Assembly: GCA_016906335.1 (NCBI GenBank)
Contig: JADEYG010000015.1
Coordinates: 1,297,566-1,317,565 of the forward strand
Length of the DNA stretch: 20,000 bases
Direction of reading: 5' to 3'
From: Novakomyces olei
Lineage: Eukaryota
The first letter of the stretch is position 1. Each line of letters opens with the position of its first letter. The notes below the pieces were generated by a model that ran no database searches, was not told the origin of the DNA, and was given only the letters and a program-made list of their open reading frames with translations. This document shows positions 1 through 10,553 of this stretch, piece by piece. The position numbers and the translations under genes were made by a program.

Positions 1-25
1 CCGTCAGTATATTCATGCGTATGGC

Positions 26-1450
26 ATGCTAGGCATTAATCAAGCCAGTATTGTCGACGCAAAAGGAAGACCGATACCGCACTCTCCCAAAGATACACGA
101 TTTACCCGCTTTTCTCACGCAAAAGAAATCTCAGTCGGTAATCGTGAAAAATACGGAGACATTTATACAGTCAAGAAAGGCCCATACAAAGAGCTAGTGA
201 TAACAAATCCGGAAGCTTTGCGAGCCCATTATGAGGGCGACGCTATGGCTCACACAAAGCTTGAATCGCTCGGGTTTGGAGCCTTTCTAGGTTCGCTTCT
301 AGGCGAGTGTGTGGGCTTAAAGTATGGAGATGACTGGCGGCGTATCCGTCGTGCTGTCGATCCCTACTTCACGCACAAGGCGGCAATGCTTTCGCTTCCA
401 GCTACGTCTCAATATTTGTTTGAGTGGGCTGGACACGATCTGCCACGCATGAAAGAGGCAAATCACACTGCCCCTGGTCAGTTCAGTATCCGAGCCATGG
501 ACGCAGTTACAATAGTCCCATTCAAAGCTACAGCTAAGCTCATGTACGGTGACAAGACTATGACTGACGAATTTTTCCGGCAGCTGTGGTCCATAATTCC
601 TTTGCACTCGGACCTGATTAATTTTGCTTTTCTCTCGTCTCTCGGTCGCTGGAACCTGTTTCAGTACACGTGTCTGCCAAAAGCTAACCAGCTGCGAAAA
701 TTCCATAGAACGTTTCGTGCCCTCAACATGTGGATGGTGCGCGACGCGCAGGCAAACAATGAAAACAGTATTGTATTTGAAATGTACGAGCAGGTGAAGA
801 GTGGAAAACTGACGTTTGACGAATGGATCCAGACAATTGACGAGATTCTGTTTGCTAATATTGATATCACTGCGGCGGCAATGGCCTGGATGATTATAAT
901 TATTGCCCGTGAACCAGGCTACCAGGACAAGTTGCTTCGCGAGTTCCAGGACAGAATTAGTGACAGCTCGGATGAGAATGAGACGGCACTGTACATCAAG
1001 GACACACAAACAGAGCTCCATCGAGCAATGACAGAGGCAATCAGAGTCCAGCCTGTTGTGTGGTATGGATTTCCTGAGCTCACACAGGCGACAAAAGCCA
1101 TCCAGGGCTATGTCGTTCCCTCTCGCACTCCGGCAACTGTTGACGTGTACCAGCTAAACACGCAGTCTCCCATATGGAATCCAGCAGATAAGCCTAAAGG
1201 CTACGGCAATGTTTTTGATCCAGACCGGTTTATTTCGCTAAACGTTACCGATTATGCCTGGTCCTTTTTCCGCTTTGGTAATGGACCTAGAAAGTGCCTC
1301 GGACGTAACTTTGCTGAATCCCTCCTCAAGGCTGAAATATTCCACGTGTTTTCCCGCTATTCTGTACAGTTGCTAGACAAGGTTGAAATACGTCGCGATA
1401 AATTCACGGCGCAGCCTGAATGCCGTCTACTCTTTACACAGCGTGAGTAG
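26..1450 (+). CDS. Cytochrome P450, GliC/PUL2-like (diketopiperazine-oxidising type); probably 5'-partial
   Basis: Heme motif FGNGPRKCLG, ExxR (EAIR), PDRF, I-helix DEILFANIDITA, and LLGECVGL..GDDWRRIRR resembling GliC-type P450s from recall. The frame is open back to position 2 (RQYIHAYG-M) and there is no N-terminal membrane anchor, so the true start may lie upstream of the window. Confidence 0.9.
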   Translation: MLGINQASIVDAKGRPIPHSPKDTRFTRFSHAKEISVGNREKYGDIYTVKKGPYKELVITNPEALRAHYEGDAMAHTKLESLGFGAFLGSLLGECVGLKYGDDWRRIRRAVDPYFTHKAAMLSLPATSQYLFEWAGHDLPRMKEANHTAPGQFSIRAMDAVTIVPFKATAKLMYGDKTMTDEFFRQLWSIIPLHSDLINFAFLSSLGRWNLFQYTCLPKANQLRKFHRTFRALNMWMVRDAQANNENSIVFEMYEQVKSGKLTFDEWIQTIDEILFANIDITAAAMAWMIIIIAREPGYQDKLLREFQDRISDSSDENETALYIKDTQTELHRAMTEAIRVQPVVWYGFPELTQATKAIQGYVVPSRTPATVDVYQLNTQSPIWNPADKPKGYGNVFDPDRFISLNVTDYAWSFFRFGNGPRKCLGRNFAESLLKAEIFHVFSRYSVQLLDKVEIRRDKFTAQPECRLLFTQRE

Positions 1451-1677
1451 ATCGGTTCGTTATTGGGTCGGTTCAATATTAGGTCCGGCTAGGAGGAGGT
1501 ATTTGGCAAGCGCATTGATTTGCTTTGATTTGAATGATCGAATAAATTGACTTTTTAAAAGGCCTTTTTTAATATAGTATTAAATAATAGCAAATACTAT
1601 GTAATAATCATGATCACTGCTAGAGTAATAAACGCTGGTTTTCAAAACCCCATTTGTGCAAGCAACTCTGCCAGTCT

Positions 1678-3075
1678 TCAAACCTTGGCCGACAATGAGG
1701 GCCCCACCTTGATAATTCTAGCCAGTGTCATAAAGGCAGAGCCAGCCAGAATAACGACGCCAGTGAATATTATCATGCGGGAAAAATCTGTTCCTCTTGT
1801 AAGAGCTCCAGCAATAGGAGAGCCGGTGAGGGCAGCAATGCTGATAATTTGGAAAGAGATGCCAATCCTCTGGCCCAGCACTTGGATAGAGGGACTCAGT
1901 GACGCAATCACTCCAGTCAAAAGGCCGACATAGGCACCTGAAAATATGCCAAACAGCAAACAGAAAACAATGTAGCCGCCTCTGTTGGTTGCACCAAACC
2001 AGGCAAATACAATAATACCCGTAATGACTACGCACGGGATCATCAAGTTTAGTGCTCCGCGTCTGTCGGCAATCATGTTTGGCACAGTCCGGCCGATAAT
2101 GGAGCCGGCATTCGTTATCGGGAGGGAATAAAAAGTAAGAGTCTGTGATATGCCATTGGCTAAGCCAAAAGATTCAAGGAAAAAGAAGGGCGTAAAAAGT
2201 CCCCACATGGTGAGAAAAGCACCACCGACAAAAACCATAAACGGAAGATCTTTGAAAGCACTCGTATCGTACAATAAACTGGCTGGCCGAGGAGGGATAC
2301 GGGTTTTTTGCATAAGGCATGTTCCAGCGAGACACGCAAGAGAGATGAAAGCCACAACTCGCACGGTCCAGCCAAAGCCGATTCGTGGAAACAAACGATT
2401 CAATATGATTGGGAAAACGACGCCGCCAAGAGAGGAACCGGTAGCGACAATACCAAAGCCAATGTAGCGTCTAAGCTTCCACCAGTGGCCTACAACTGCC
2501 ATAGCCGGGAGAAAAATACAGCCCATACCAATGCCCATACAAAGAGACTGAGCGAGGAAGAACTGGTAGTAGCTCTTGCACAGAGAAAGCATAAAAATCC
2601 CAACTAGAAATAGTAAACTGCCTCCCGTAATCAAGTAACGAAAGTAGCCCATGTCAAACAGGTGGCCCGAGAAAATACCACAAAAGAACATTATAAAAAC
2701 TTGCACGGATCCGATCCATGAAATATTGCTCGGCGTTTGATGACTCAGCTGATGGCCCTCATAATAAGTCTGAAACACGCCAAAACAATTGACTATACCA
2801 AACGTACAAAAGAGGCCGAGCCATCCACCGATCACTACGAGCCATGCCTCAAGACCACCGTCGGGAAATGCAAAGTCTGGAGGTCCATTGCCTGCACTTT
2901 TGACTTGCGACTCAAATGACTGATCTTTTCCTTTTCTCTCGGGCGCAGAACCTTCATATCCTTTCTCTTCGTCATTCAAGGAATTCGCGGACACCCGTTG
3001 AGTTTCGTTGAGCTGCTGCTGTCCATCATCATGCGGCCAGCTGTCTGGCAATTGCTGTGCTGTACTGTTTGCCAT
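1678..3075 (-). CDS. MFS transporter, monocarboxylate porter (MCT/Mch-like) family
   Basis: FPDGGLEAWLVVIGG, FGVFQTYY, SNISWIGSVQ, GHLFDMG, GSSLGGVVFP, ADRRG motifs; about 12 hydrophobic segments; intronless 465 aa. Confidence 0.93.
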   Translation of the reverse strand: MANSTAQQLPDSWPHDDGQQQLNETQRVSANSLNDEEKGYEGSAPERKGKDQSFESQVKSAGNGPPDFAFPDGGLEAWLVVIGGWLGLFCTFGIVNCFGVFQTYYEGHQLSHQTPSNISWIGSVQVFIMFFCGIFSGHLFDMGYFRYLITGGSLLFLVGIFMLSLCKSYYQFFLAQSLCMGIGMGCIFLPAMAVVGHWWKLRRYIGFGIVATGSSLGGVVFPIILNRLFPRIGFGWTVRVVAFISLACLAGTCLMQKTRIPPRPASLLYDTSAFKDLPFMVFVGGAFLTMWGLFTPFFFLESFGLANGISQTLTFYSLPITNAGSIIGRTVPNMIADRRGALNLMIPCVVITGIIVFAWFGATNRGGYIVFCLLFGIFSGAYVGLLTGVIASLSPSIQVLGQRIGISFQIISIAALTGSPIAGALTRGTDFSRMIIFTGVVILAGSAFMTLARIIKVGPSLSAKV

Positions 3076-3287
3076 AGCTCGTTATGTTTGGAGCACTTTG
3101 AAAAAGCACATTTTGTACAGAGCGAAAAGGCCTCATCTTTATAGATCTTCCTGTTTATCTGTCAACACTCTTTTCCTTGCTCTTGCGACTCGAAAGTGTC
3201 GATCCAAAAGAAGATTGCACTGCGCATGCTCTCCTTGTCGGAGGTACACCTTGTTCCAGTTCGGAAATAGGTCCAAAAACGTGATAA

Positions 3288-3302
3288 CTCCGTGTTTCGG
3301 AG
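3288..3302. promoter_or_regulatory. Candidate Zn2Cys6 binding site CTCCG-N5-CGGAG in the MFS promoter
   Basis: Perfect inverted pentamers containing everted CCG/CGG triplets about 215 bp upstream of the MFS ATG. A TGATAA lies at 3282-3287 and a TATAAAG on the minus strand at 3143-3137. Confidence 0.35.
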
Positions 3303-3735
3303 AAATGCCTGAAAAGCTGGTTAAGCATGGAACAATAAACTACAGAATATTACTTTCTAATGAATCCAAGTCATTGGATTACTTAAAGTGTAATGCTCCA
3401 TTTTAGGCTAAATTCCTATCAGCTGGACGGTTTATCAAAAAAAAAAGGCAGCTGCTCATCAAGAATAACTAGACTTTAATTAGAGTTTGAAAAGAAGTAA
3501 ATGTAGAGGGGTGCAGAGTTGTTTGCCAATAGTGTGAGGGCACATACGACGATGTCAGCAACTCAGCAACAAGTACTTGGAACGGTTCGGACTATACAAT
3601 GCTGAATAAACAAGGCACAATAAGTTCTTACGTCTACACTTTGAACGATAAGCAGGAAGCACGATACTCGAAAAGGGTCTTACGGTCCAAAACAAGTGCA
3701 ACGAGTATGTGTTCAAATTATAATTGAATTCGTCT

Positions 3736-5526
3736 TTAAAACACAATAGCAGCCCAGTGCATTTGAAAAGAATCTAGCTGAGCAAGAAACGCTTCTAAAT
3801 CCGGATGCATCTGTCCAGAGCTAGGGCTTCCGGCGGATGCAATTTGCTTCGTTTTTACTCTGCGAATCCGCATACAATCATGTGCCCAGCGCTGGCGCTC
3901 AGCGAGAAAGACACCAAGAGCGCCGAGAGTTTCAATAGCGAGATCAATCTCCAGGCCCTCATCGTCAGCTGGCATCTCTGGCGCCTGCAATGATTTGTAG
4001 CTAAAGAGAGCCAAAAGCACCATACAAGCAGCCCATACAGTCATGAGAGCGGATCGAACTGGATAGGCAAAATGCCAATCCAGCTTTTCACGGTGCTCAA
4101 GGGCAAAAGAACGGCCGTATCGCTGCCACAGAGTACGGATCGATCGGCGAGCAAGGCGGTTTGCTATTTGCACCAGCTGTGGGGTCATTTGCGTACCAGG
4201 ATTAGCCAAAATATTACGGAAAAAGAGCAGCTTTGAGCGGACAAGCATAAGCTGCAATTCGTCGTAATGAAATGGCTTCATCTCAACCACATTGTTCTCA
4301 AAGCTAAAGTCAAAAATCATACGCTCGAGCCTCGCCACATCAATGGTTAAATCCAGCTCAGGTCGGCCTAATTTTGCAACATCAGACACTAATTTACAGA
4401 TGCTTATTTTGCCCTGAAGGTAAGCAAACTCATAGTCCTCACGACCACCCAGACTCGGATGGGGCGCGCTTATTTCTTCGGCCATAAGAACAAGTGGCCG
4501 GCCGGAAAAGGCCTTGGTCATGCACGCAGAGGTCCATGAATGCCAAAAATGCCGGCAAATACGCTCGTACATTACTTGATCGTCAATCTGCAGAAAAGTG
4601 CCGATTTTATGATAGCCAAGAGAAATTGCCATACTCATAGACATGAACGAGTACCCTAGTTGAGCTTCAATTGAACAAAATACATTCATAAAATTAGCCA
4701 GTAACGTAATGGCACACAGACCATTCAGAGAAGGTTTCTCCAACGTGTCGGCCACAAGTGATTTTGCTTGAATAAACAGGCTTTGCGCAAATGATCTGCC
4801 ATTCCGCGTTCCTGACGAGTGCTGATCGATATTATTTTCCCACCCGTTTTCCATTAGCGAAGCAAGTATCAGCGCCAGTATAACAAGCAACTTGTTATCT
4901 TGGCCAGTTAAACTGCACGAAAAAGCTGTAGACCACATATCACGGTACACAACCTCAAATTCGCTTTTACTGATGCCGATAAATGGCCTGTTAGCATCGC
5001 GAAATAAAACTTGTACCAATTGATCGCACGTCTGTTTTGCTGGAAGCCCTCCACCATAGTAGTCCGGTGATTGCCTGCGTAAACGCGAAATCTGTTCATT
5101 AGTTTGTCCAAATATATGTTCAAAGCCGACTAAACTTGGCTGAACATTCGAGTCTGAGTTCGAAACTCGCATTTCGTAACTGCCATTTCCACGCGCGTCC
5201 CGAACACGCTCGGTATCGAAGTGTAATCTTTGATTGGAACCAGAAGCCTTGCTACTGTTGCTGCTGCTAGTGGGAATACCTGCACTGTAGCTGCTTTCAG
5301 GAGAAGTTGTCTGCGGCTCTAAATTTCTGTTAAAAAGGATATGTTGTTCATAATCACGAGTATGCAGATTTTTGCGCCGCTTGTCTCGCGAATAATTGCA
5401 TTCAGCAGGAGGTCTCGATTCAGAGCAGCTACGACACACAGGCAGGGCACGATTACACTGGATCTTTTTCGCTCGGCAGCGCTCACACGCTCTTTCAGAA
5501 TAATGGTCCTGGCCTGGATCCATCAT
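3736..5526 (-). CDS. Zn(II)2Cys6 fungal transcription factor with middle homology region
   Basis: CERCRAKKIQCNRALPVCRSCSESRPPAEC binuclear cluster; AISLGYH...ERICRHFW...SGRP fungal TF region. The ORF track starts at a TTG (5547); the first ATG is at 5526. Confidence 0.92.
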   Translation of the reverse strand: MMDPGQDHYSERACERCRAKKIQCNRALPVCRSCSESRPPAECNYSRDKRRKNLHTRDYEQHILFNRNLEPQTTSPESSYSAGIPTSSSNSSKASGSNQRLHFDTERVRDARGNGSYEMRVSNSDSNVQPSLVGFEHIFGQTNEQISRLRRQSPDYYGGGLPAKQTCDQLVQVLFRDANRPFIGISKSEFEVVYRDMWSTAFSCSLTGQDNKLLVILALILASLMENGWENNIDQHSSGTRNGRSFAQSLFIQAKSLVADTLEKPSLNGLCAITLLANFMNVFCSIEAQLGYSFMSMSMAISLGYHKIGTFLQIDDQVMYERICRHFWHSWTSACMTKAFSGRPLVLMAEEISAPHPSLGGREDYEFAYLQGKISICKLVSDVAKLGRPELDLTIDVARLERMIFDFSFENNVVEMKPFHYDELQLMLVRSKLLFFRNILANPGTQMTPQLVQIANRLARRSIRTLWQRYGRSFALEHREKLDWHFAYPVRSALMTVWAACMVLLALFSYKSLQAPEMPADDEGLEIDLAIETLGALGVFLAERQRWAHDCMRIRRVKTKQIASAGSPSSGQMHPDLEAFLAQLDSFQMHWAAIVF

Positions 5527-5720
5527 CACCCATCGAAACTCTTTCAAATAAATCTAACATAAGCCCTGCTGCTGCATTCGAGCCTGTTGCAATTGGGCTC
5601 TCCCAAAACTATTGCAGCTCTTCCTTCATAGTACTAAGCTGACAATCAAGACTTTTTTTGCCCAGCTTTTTCATGGACCATTGTCGCAGGTTTCTCGATT
5701 ATTTACGTATGTGTAGTAAA

Positions 5721-5977
5721 TGTTGTTGAAATATGGACTCTGTCAACTTATAAATTTACTGTTCTAAATACTCTCATTCCTTCAGCCAAAATTGAAACTA
5801 TTACGATCTGTCTTTACCCCCGTATTGCTTATCTACTTTCAGGATATGAATATATATATCTATGGATGAAACCCTTTGACCTTGGGGGAATTTCACTGTC
5901 TTCTACTGTAGCAAGATTATTAATATTAACCGTTCGAACAACCTATCCAACAATAATTTACATCAATAATTACAACA
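5721..5977 (+). repeat. 5' LTR of the copia element (about 257 bp)
   Basis: Terminal inverted repeats TGTTGT/ACAACA, an internal TATATATA run near 5850, and a PBS immediately downstream. Confidence 0.8.
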
Positions 5978-5988
5978 GGTTATGAGCC
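5978..5988 (+). promoter_or_regulatory. Primer binding site for an internal fragment of tRNA-iMet (Ty5/copia type)
   Basis: GGTTATGAGCC directly after the LTR end, matching the Ty5-type PBS rather than a TGG-type tRNA 3'-end PBS. Confidence 0.8.
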
Positions 5989-6072
5989 TGGAAGGTTAAA
6001 TATTACATCTACTCAGTGATTAGAAGTGAAGTTAAGTTTCTCAATATTAAAAATTATTAAAAATCAAAAAAC

Positions 6073-7452
6073 ATGGCTCAACCAAATGTCACCCCCGTAC
6101 TTGCCAATAGTTTGAGAAATAATACAATAATACTTGGAATAATTCCAATGTTGAAATCGTGGCACGAGTATAGTGAATGGAAATTGAAGATTACAAACAG
6201 ATTGGAATTGCATGGGTTCTCCGCATTATTGGAGAGCGATCAAGACTCCAGTATTCCGAAAGTCACCGTTCTCGTAATAACAGCCGAACTAATCGAGGCA
6301 ATAAACGAAAATCTACTTGGACCCCGCATTGAAGGAATAAAATCGCCGAAAGCACTCTTTAAATTACTCGATTTGGAATTTGGCAAAAAGAAAAATTAAG
6401 TGATTGAAGCTGTCGCCACTAAATTCATGGCTCCCCAGAAATTGTGGGGAGGAGACCCTGAAAAGTTTATGAACGAATACAGAAACATCGTGATCAGTCT
6501 CGTAAGACTAGGATTTACGGAGCTCACGTATTTTACTTATTGTGGAATTTTATCGGCTTTACCCAAAGAAATTGCGGGGAACATTCGCCACAATGTTAGC
6601 TCAAAAATTACTGCTAAATTACAAGTGTTTGATCTTTTGGATCTAGTCTCAAACGAGCTTGCCTTTTACGGAAATGATGAGCTTAATAATGAATACGTCA
6701 ATCTTGTCGATCGATTTGAAAATCCAAAATCGAAAACCAACGACTATTACCAAAAGAGGAATACACTCCCGAATAGGAAATCGGTCAACCCCGCACCCAA
6801 ATGCTCTTTTTGTGGACGAATTGGGCACAGGGCTAATGATTGTTTCAAAAATTTAAAAGGGAAAGGAACAAAACACTGTCAAAACTGTGAAAAGTATGGA
6901 CATACCGACAAAGAATGTCGAAAAAGAAACGACACTGATAATAAAAGCAAATCTCATACAGTCTATATTACGACTGATAAAAATGAGCCTATCTTGTGAC
7001 TAGATAAGAATGTAACTAAAAAATCTACACAGTGGATTTTAGATACAGGCGCCTCTAGTCACATTTGCTTTGATTTAAAATGTTTTTATAATTTAAAAAG
7101 GGTTGATACAAAAATTCAGACAGGAAAAAATACGTACTCTCCAATTAAAGGAGTTGGAACGATTTTTTTAAAAATTAATGACGTTTACAATAATAAATTA
7201 ATTTTATCAAATGTCCTGTACGCCCCAAAATATGGAATAAACTTGTTCAACCCTCTAATATTAAAAGAATTTAATGGAGGAAAAACATTCTCGATATCTG
7301 ACAGAGATAAAGTTATGATGAGCGATAACAAACCACTTATACGTCTGAACAAGGTCAATAACATATACTCATTTAATGCGATATCAATTCAAAAAAAGAA
7401 TGTTCAACAAGCTAATTCCATTTTACAAGATTCTTACGAAACGTGGCATGAA
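6073..7452 (+). pseudogene. Copia gag-protease-(pre-integrase), one frame with internal stops at 6397-6399 (TAA) and 6997-6999 (TGA)
   Basis: ORFs 6073, 6400 and 7243 share a frame. CSFCGRIGHRANDC and CQNCEKYGHTDKEC zinc knuckles. The frame continues after the TGA as LDKNVTKKSTQWILDTGASSHICFD...NVLYAPKYGINLF. Confidence 0.88.
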
Positions 7453-7905
7453 TGTTATAACTGTGGAAATTACTCACTGTTATAACTTTTAGATTAATTA
7501 AATCTACCCTTAAACTATGGAAAACCTTGTCCTTTTATAGACTTCAAGGCTCAGTGTTAGGGAGTCGCTATTTAGGCCGCTATGAACGGTTGATATAGCG
7601 ACGAGTCTTATTCAACTTTCCAGTTTATTACTTTAATTTCTTTTAGTTATTTGTTTAATGTGGCTTAGATAGTTCTAGAATAGTTTTCTCATAGTTTAAC
7701 CACAAGGGTCAAGCTTATAAATAGAGGCTTGTCTTCTACTTGTCCCTTGTGTGAAATCAATTTGGGTTACGCCTATACTTCGCGACTGTAGGCTCCTCAG
7801 TCTCCTTGTTGCAATAGTCACCGACAGTACTCTGGTTCGTCCCATCTTCCTGCCTCCGCCCGCGCGATATCGGGCTAGTCCATCACCCAGGGTCACCCCC
7901 TAACA
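7453..7905 (+). repeat. 5' LTR of gypsy element 1 (453 bp)
   Basis: TGTTA at 7453 and TAACA at 7901-7905; T-rich U3; TATAAATA at 7716-7723; self-primer GTGTGAAAT at 7749-7757. Confidence 0.85.
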
Positions 7906-10123
7906 GTATTTCACACCCGCGACGTGGCACCGAGATGGAAGTCGATCCAAACAACGAGATGTCGGCTACGATTCAACAAATCCTTAGGGATATGAGTTCT
8001 AGAATGCAAAACCTGGAACAGGAAAACCTTCAGTTACGAGGTCATGTGATGGATTTGAGTTCAAGAACCAGTGGACACACTTCGAATTACCGGGAACCAA
8101 AGCTGGCTACACCGCCACTGTACCACGGAGAACGAGCGAAGACCACGGAGTATCTTACGCAAATCAAAATGTACATCGACAGTCAACCGACGAGATTTAC
8201 TACAGAGAGACAACAAGTTATGTTTGCTGCATCCTATTTGAGAGGCTCTGCATTTAGATGGTTTGAACCACATGTGAAGACAGACAACAGTATGATCCTA
8301 GACGACTTTGACGAATATTGTACGCAGTTAGAACGAATGTTCGGAGACCGCAATATTCAGAGAACAGCGCAGAAACAGATACGTGAACTACGACAGAGAC
8401 GATCAGTTGCACAGTATGCTGCAGAATTTAACCGCTTGCGTGCGTGGATCAATTGGAACAATGATCCATTGATATCACAGTTTTACGAAGGGTTAAAAGA
8501 CGAAATGAAAGACGAATTGGCCAGAATGGATGAGCCAAACGACATTGACAAACTCATTGACGAGTGTATTAAAATTGACAACAGACTATCAGAAAGAAAG
8601 GGGAACAACGGTCGTTTCCTAACCCATAGACCGCAACAACCAGTATCGAGAGATAGGGGAGCTGTGCCTATGGACGTCGACATGGTACAAGCTCAGCCCG
8701 CAAAGAATGCCGCTTGGAACGGACATAATAGCGGACAACAGAATATGGTCGCTCAATCAGTCGCTAAGAACAGAGGTTTTAGCGGACACAACACGGAGCC
8801 ATCAGACAAGTATACAAAGGGCCGCATAAACATGCCCAAGATACAGTGCCAACGCTGCCATAAGTTTGGACACTATGCCAAGAATTGCCGAAGCACATTT
8901 CCGGCACGAGATATGACGAGAGAACGTCAAAATAACGCTTTAAGTTTGGAGGAGACGATGGTCTACCAGTCTGAACATGATGAATTCAGTGAGAATGAAG
9001 ACACTATGCCCCAACGAGTGGAGGTAAATGTGAAAATAGGAAATGAGAGTTTTACGGCTTTAGTTGACTCCGGCGCGAGCTCAAGCTTTATGCACTGGAA
9101 GCTAGCAGATAAGTTGAAGATCGAAACTGCTCCATTAAAGAATCCTATTACTGTACGCGTGGCTGACGGGAGAACTATACGTTCACGTCAAGCAATTAAG
9201 CGAACCGACAGTTTGAACCTGAGTATCAATGGATACGAGACGGATACAAGATTTTTAGTTGCCGAGATCGGAACAAATAACATGTTACTGGGAGTAGATT
9301 GGCTAAGAAAGCACAACCCCATAATTAATTGGAAAGAAGGTACTATTGCATGGGAGACGACCAGTAATACCTTCACGGAAACATCAATGAACACCGAATT
9401 TGAACCTCACACTGAGGAAGTAAGTGATTCAACAGACGATGAAAACATAATTACATCTGCCAAAAACGAGGACGTTCTGGAATTGGACATTACAGAAGTT
9501 ACCTCAACTGCAACCAAGATACCAGAAGAGTATCAGGAATTTAAAGATGTATTTGGCGAGCAAGAACAATTGGAACTACCGCCACACCGCTCATACGATC
9601 ACGAAATCGTACTAGAGAAAGATGCCAAGATCCCATTCGGACCAGTTTATGGAACTACACCGAAAGAACAAGACTATCTACTAAAGTACTTGGAAGAAAA
9701 CTTGCAATCAGGATTTATTCGAAAATCTAAAAGTCCAGCTGCATCACCTGTACTATTTGCACCGAAGAAAGACGGTGACCTTAGACTCTGTGTCGACTAC
9801 AGAGCTTTAAACAAAGTTACAGTGAAGAACCGTTATCCTTTGCCGCGCATTGATGGACTTATTGATAAGTTAGCGCAGGCCATCTACTTCACTAAACTAG
9901 ATTTGCGAGGTGCATACAACCTCATCAGAATTAAGAAAGGAGACGAATGGAAAACAGCATTTCGTACTCGCTATGGATTATTTGAATATCGCGTAATGCC
10001 ATTTGGACTTACAAATGCACCAGCGACGTTTCAAAATTTAATGAATGACATATTTCGAGATATATTAGATGTCAAAGTTTTGGTTTATCTAGACGACATT
10101 CTAGTATATAGCAAGACCCTTGA
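7453..10123 (+). mobile_element. Ty3/gypsy (Tf1/sushi-type) LTR retrotransposon 1, 5' part, interrupted in RT
   Basis: LTR TGTTA...TAACA followed by a gag-PR-RT ORF; inserted in the copia pol. Confidence 0.93.
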
Positions 10124-10151
10124 TGTTACGGTGCGCTATATGAGGCGCTAG
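7935..10151 (+). CDS. Gypsy gag-protease-reverse transcriptase polyprotein, truncated (native sequence ends near 10123)
   Basis: Retrotransposon gag ([33 protein letters not shown]), [18 protein letters not shown], protease LVDSGA and [46 protein letters not shown]. The last residues are read from the next LTR. Confidence 0.93.
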   Translation: MEVDPNNEMSATIQQILRDMSSRMQNLEQENLQLRGHVMDLSSRTSGHTSNYREPKLATPPLYHGERAKTTEYLTQIKMYIDSQPTRFTTERQQVMFAASYLRGSAFRWFEPHVKTDNSMILDDFDEYCTQLERMFGDRNIQRTAQKQIRELRQRRSVAQYAAEFNRLRAWINWNNDPLISQFYEGLKDEMKDELARMDEPNDIDKLIDECIKIDNRLSERKGNNGRFLTHRPQQPVSRDRGAVPMDVDMVQAQPAKNAAWNGHNSGQQNMVAQSVAKNRGFSGHNTEPSDKYTKGRINMPKIQCQRCHKFGHYAKNCRSTFPARDMTRERQNNALSLEETMVYQSEHDEFSENEDTMPQRVEVNVKIGNESFTALVDSGASSSFMHWKLADKLKIETAPLKNPITVRVADGRTIRSRQAIKRTDSLNLSINGYETDTRFLVAEIGTNNMLLGVDWLRKHNPIINWKEGTIAWETTSNTFTETSMNTEFEPHTEEVSDSTDDENIITSAKNEDVLELDITEVTSTATKIPEEYQEFKDVFGEQEQLELPPHRSYDHEIVLEKDAKIPFGPVYGTTPKEQDYLLKYLEENLQSGFIRKSKSPAASPVLFAPKKDGDLRLCVDYRALNKVTVKNRYPLPRIDGLIDKLAQAIYFTKLDLRGAYNLIRIKKGDEWKTAFRTRYGLFEYRVMPFGLTNAPATFQNLMNDIFRDILDVKVLVYLDDILVYSKTLDVTVRYMRR

Positions 10152-10515
10152 CTAGCGCTGAAGATAGCGCTTTTACATCCTTTAATTTGTTTTGTTTCAC
10201 TTTATTTTGTGTTACGACTTCTATTTTTAATTAGTTCTATTTATAACTCTTAGCTTCTATTTTTAGATAGCAACTTAGTTAGTTTAATTAGTTTAGTTTG
10301 ATTAGTTTCTCGGGCAAAGCCCCACGGAGCGTCATAAGAATGGGACACTCCCCTCTTATGTTCGCTACGTGTAATCAAATCTTGGTGTGCAATATTTTGG
10401 TTTTCTATTACTAGGTTCCCTACTTTCCACGTATCCTCAACAGAGCCAGCGTGAGATCTGGCATATTCACCTTATTGCACCTTTACGACTTTTTGGAAGT
10501 AAAGCCCCCATAACA
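10124..10515 (+). repeat. 5' LTR of gypsy element 2 (392 bp)
   Basis: Same termini as LTR1 and the same CCCC.TAACA-GTATT junction; self-primer ACGTGTAAT at 10367-10375. Confidence 0.85.
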
Positions 10516-10553
10516 GTATTACACGTCCACGATTCTGATTCGAGGATACAACG

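Larger units (their letters stand above)
5721..7452 (+). mobile_element. Ty1/copia (Ty5/hemivirus-like) LTR retrotransposon, 5' part, interrupted at 7453
   Basis: LTR TGTTGT...ACAACA, PBS GGTTATGAGCC, gag with two CCHC knuckles, copia protease WILDTGASSHIC, and the start of the pre-integrase motif ETWH. Confidence 0.9.

Noticed and set aside
317-5562. Antisense or overlapping ORFs within and between the three cluster genes (e.g. 317-1021, 1610-1933, 3008-3406)
   Set aside because: Shadow ORFs of real genes with no recognisable motifs.
6397-6399. In-frame TAA inside copia gag as programmed readthrough
   Set aside because: Mid-capsid position and non-leaky context (TAA-GTG); more likely a nonsense mutation.
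7453-10515. LTR1 and LTR2 as the paired LTRs of one element
   Set aside because: They share only termini, differ in length and internal sequence, and each is followed by its own PBS and gag.
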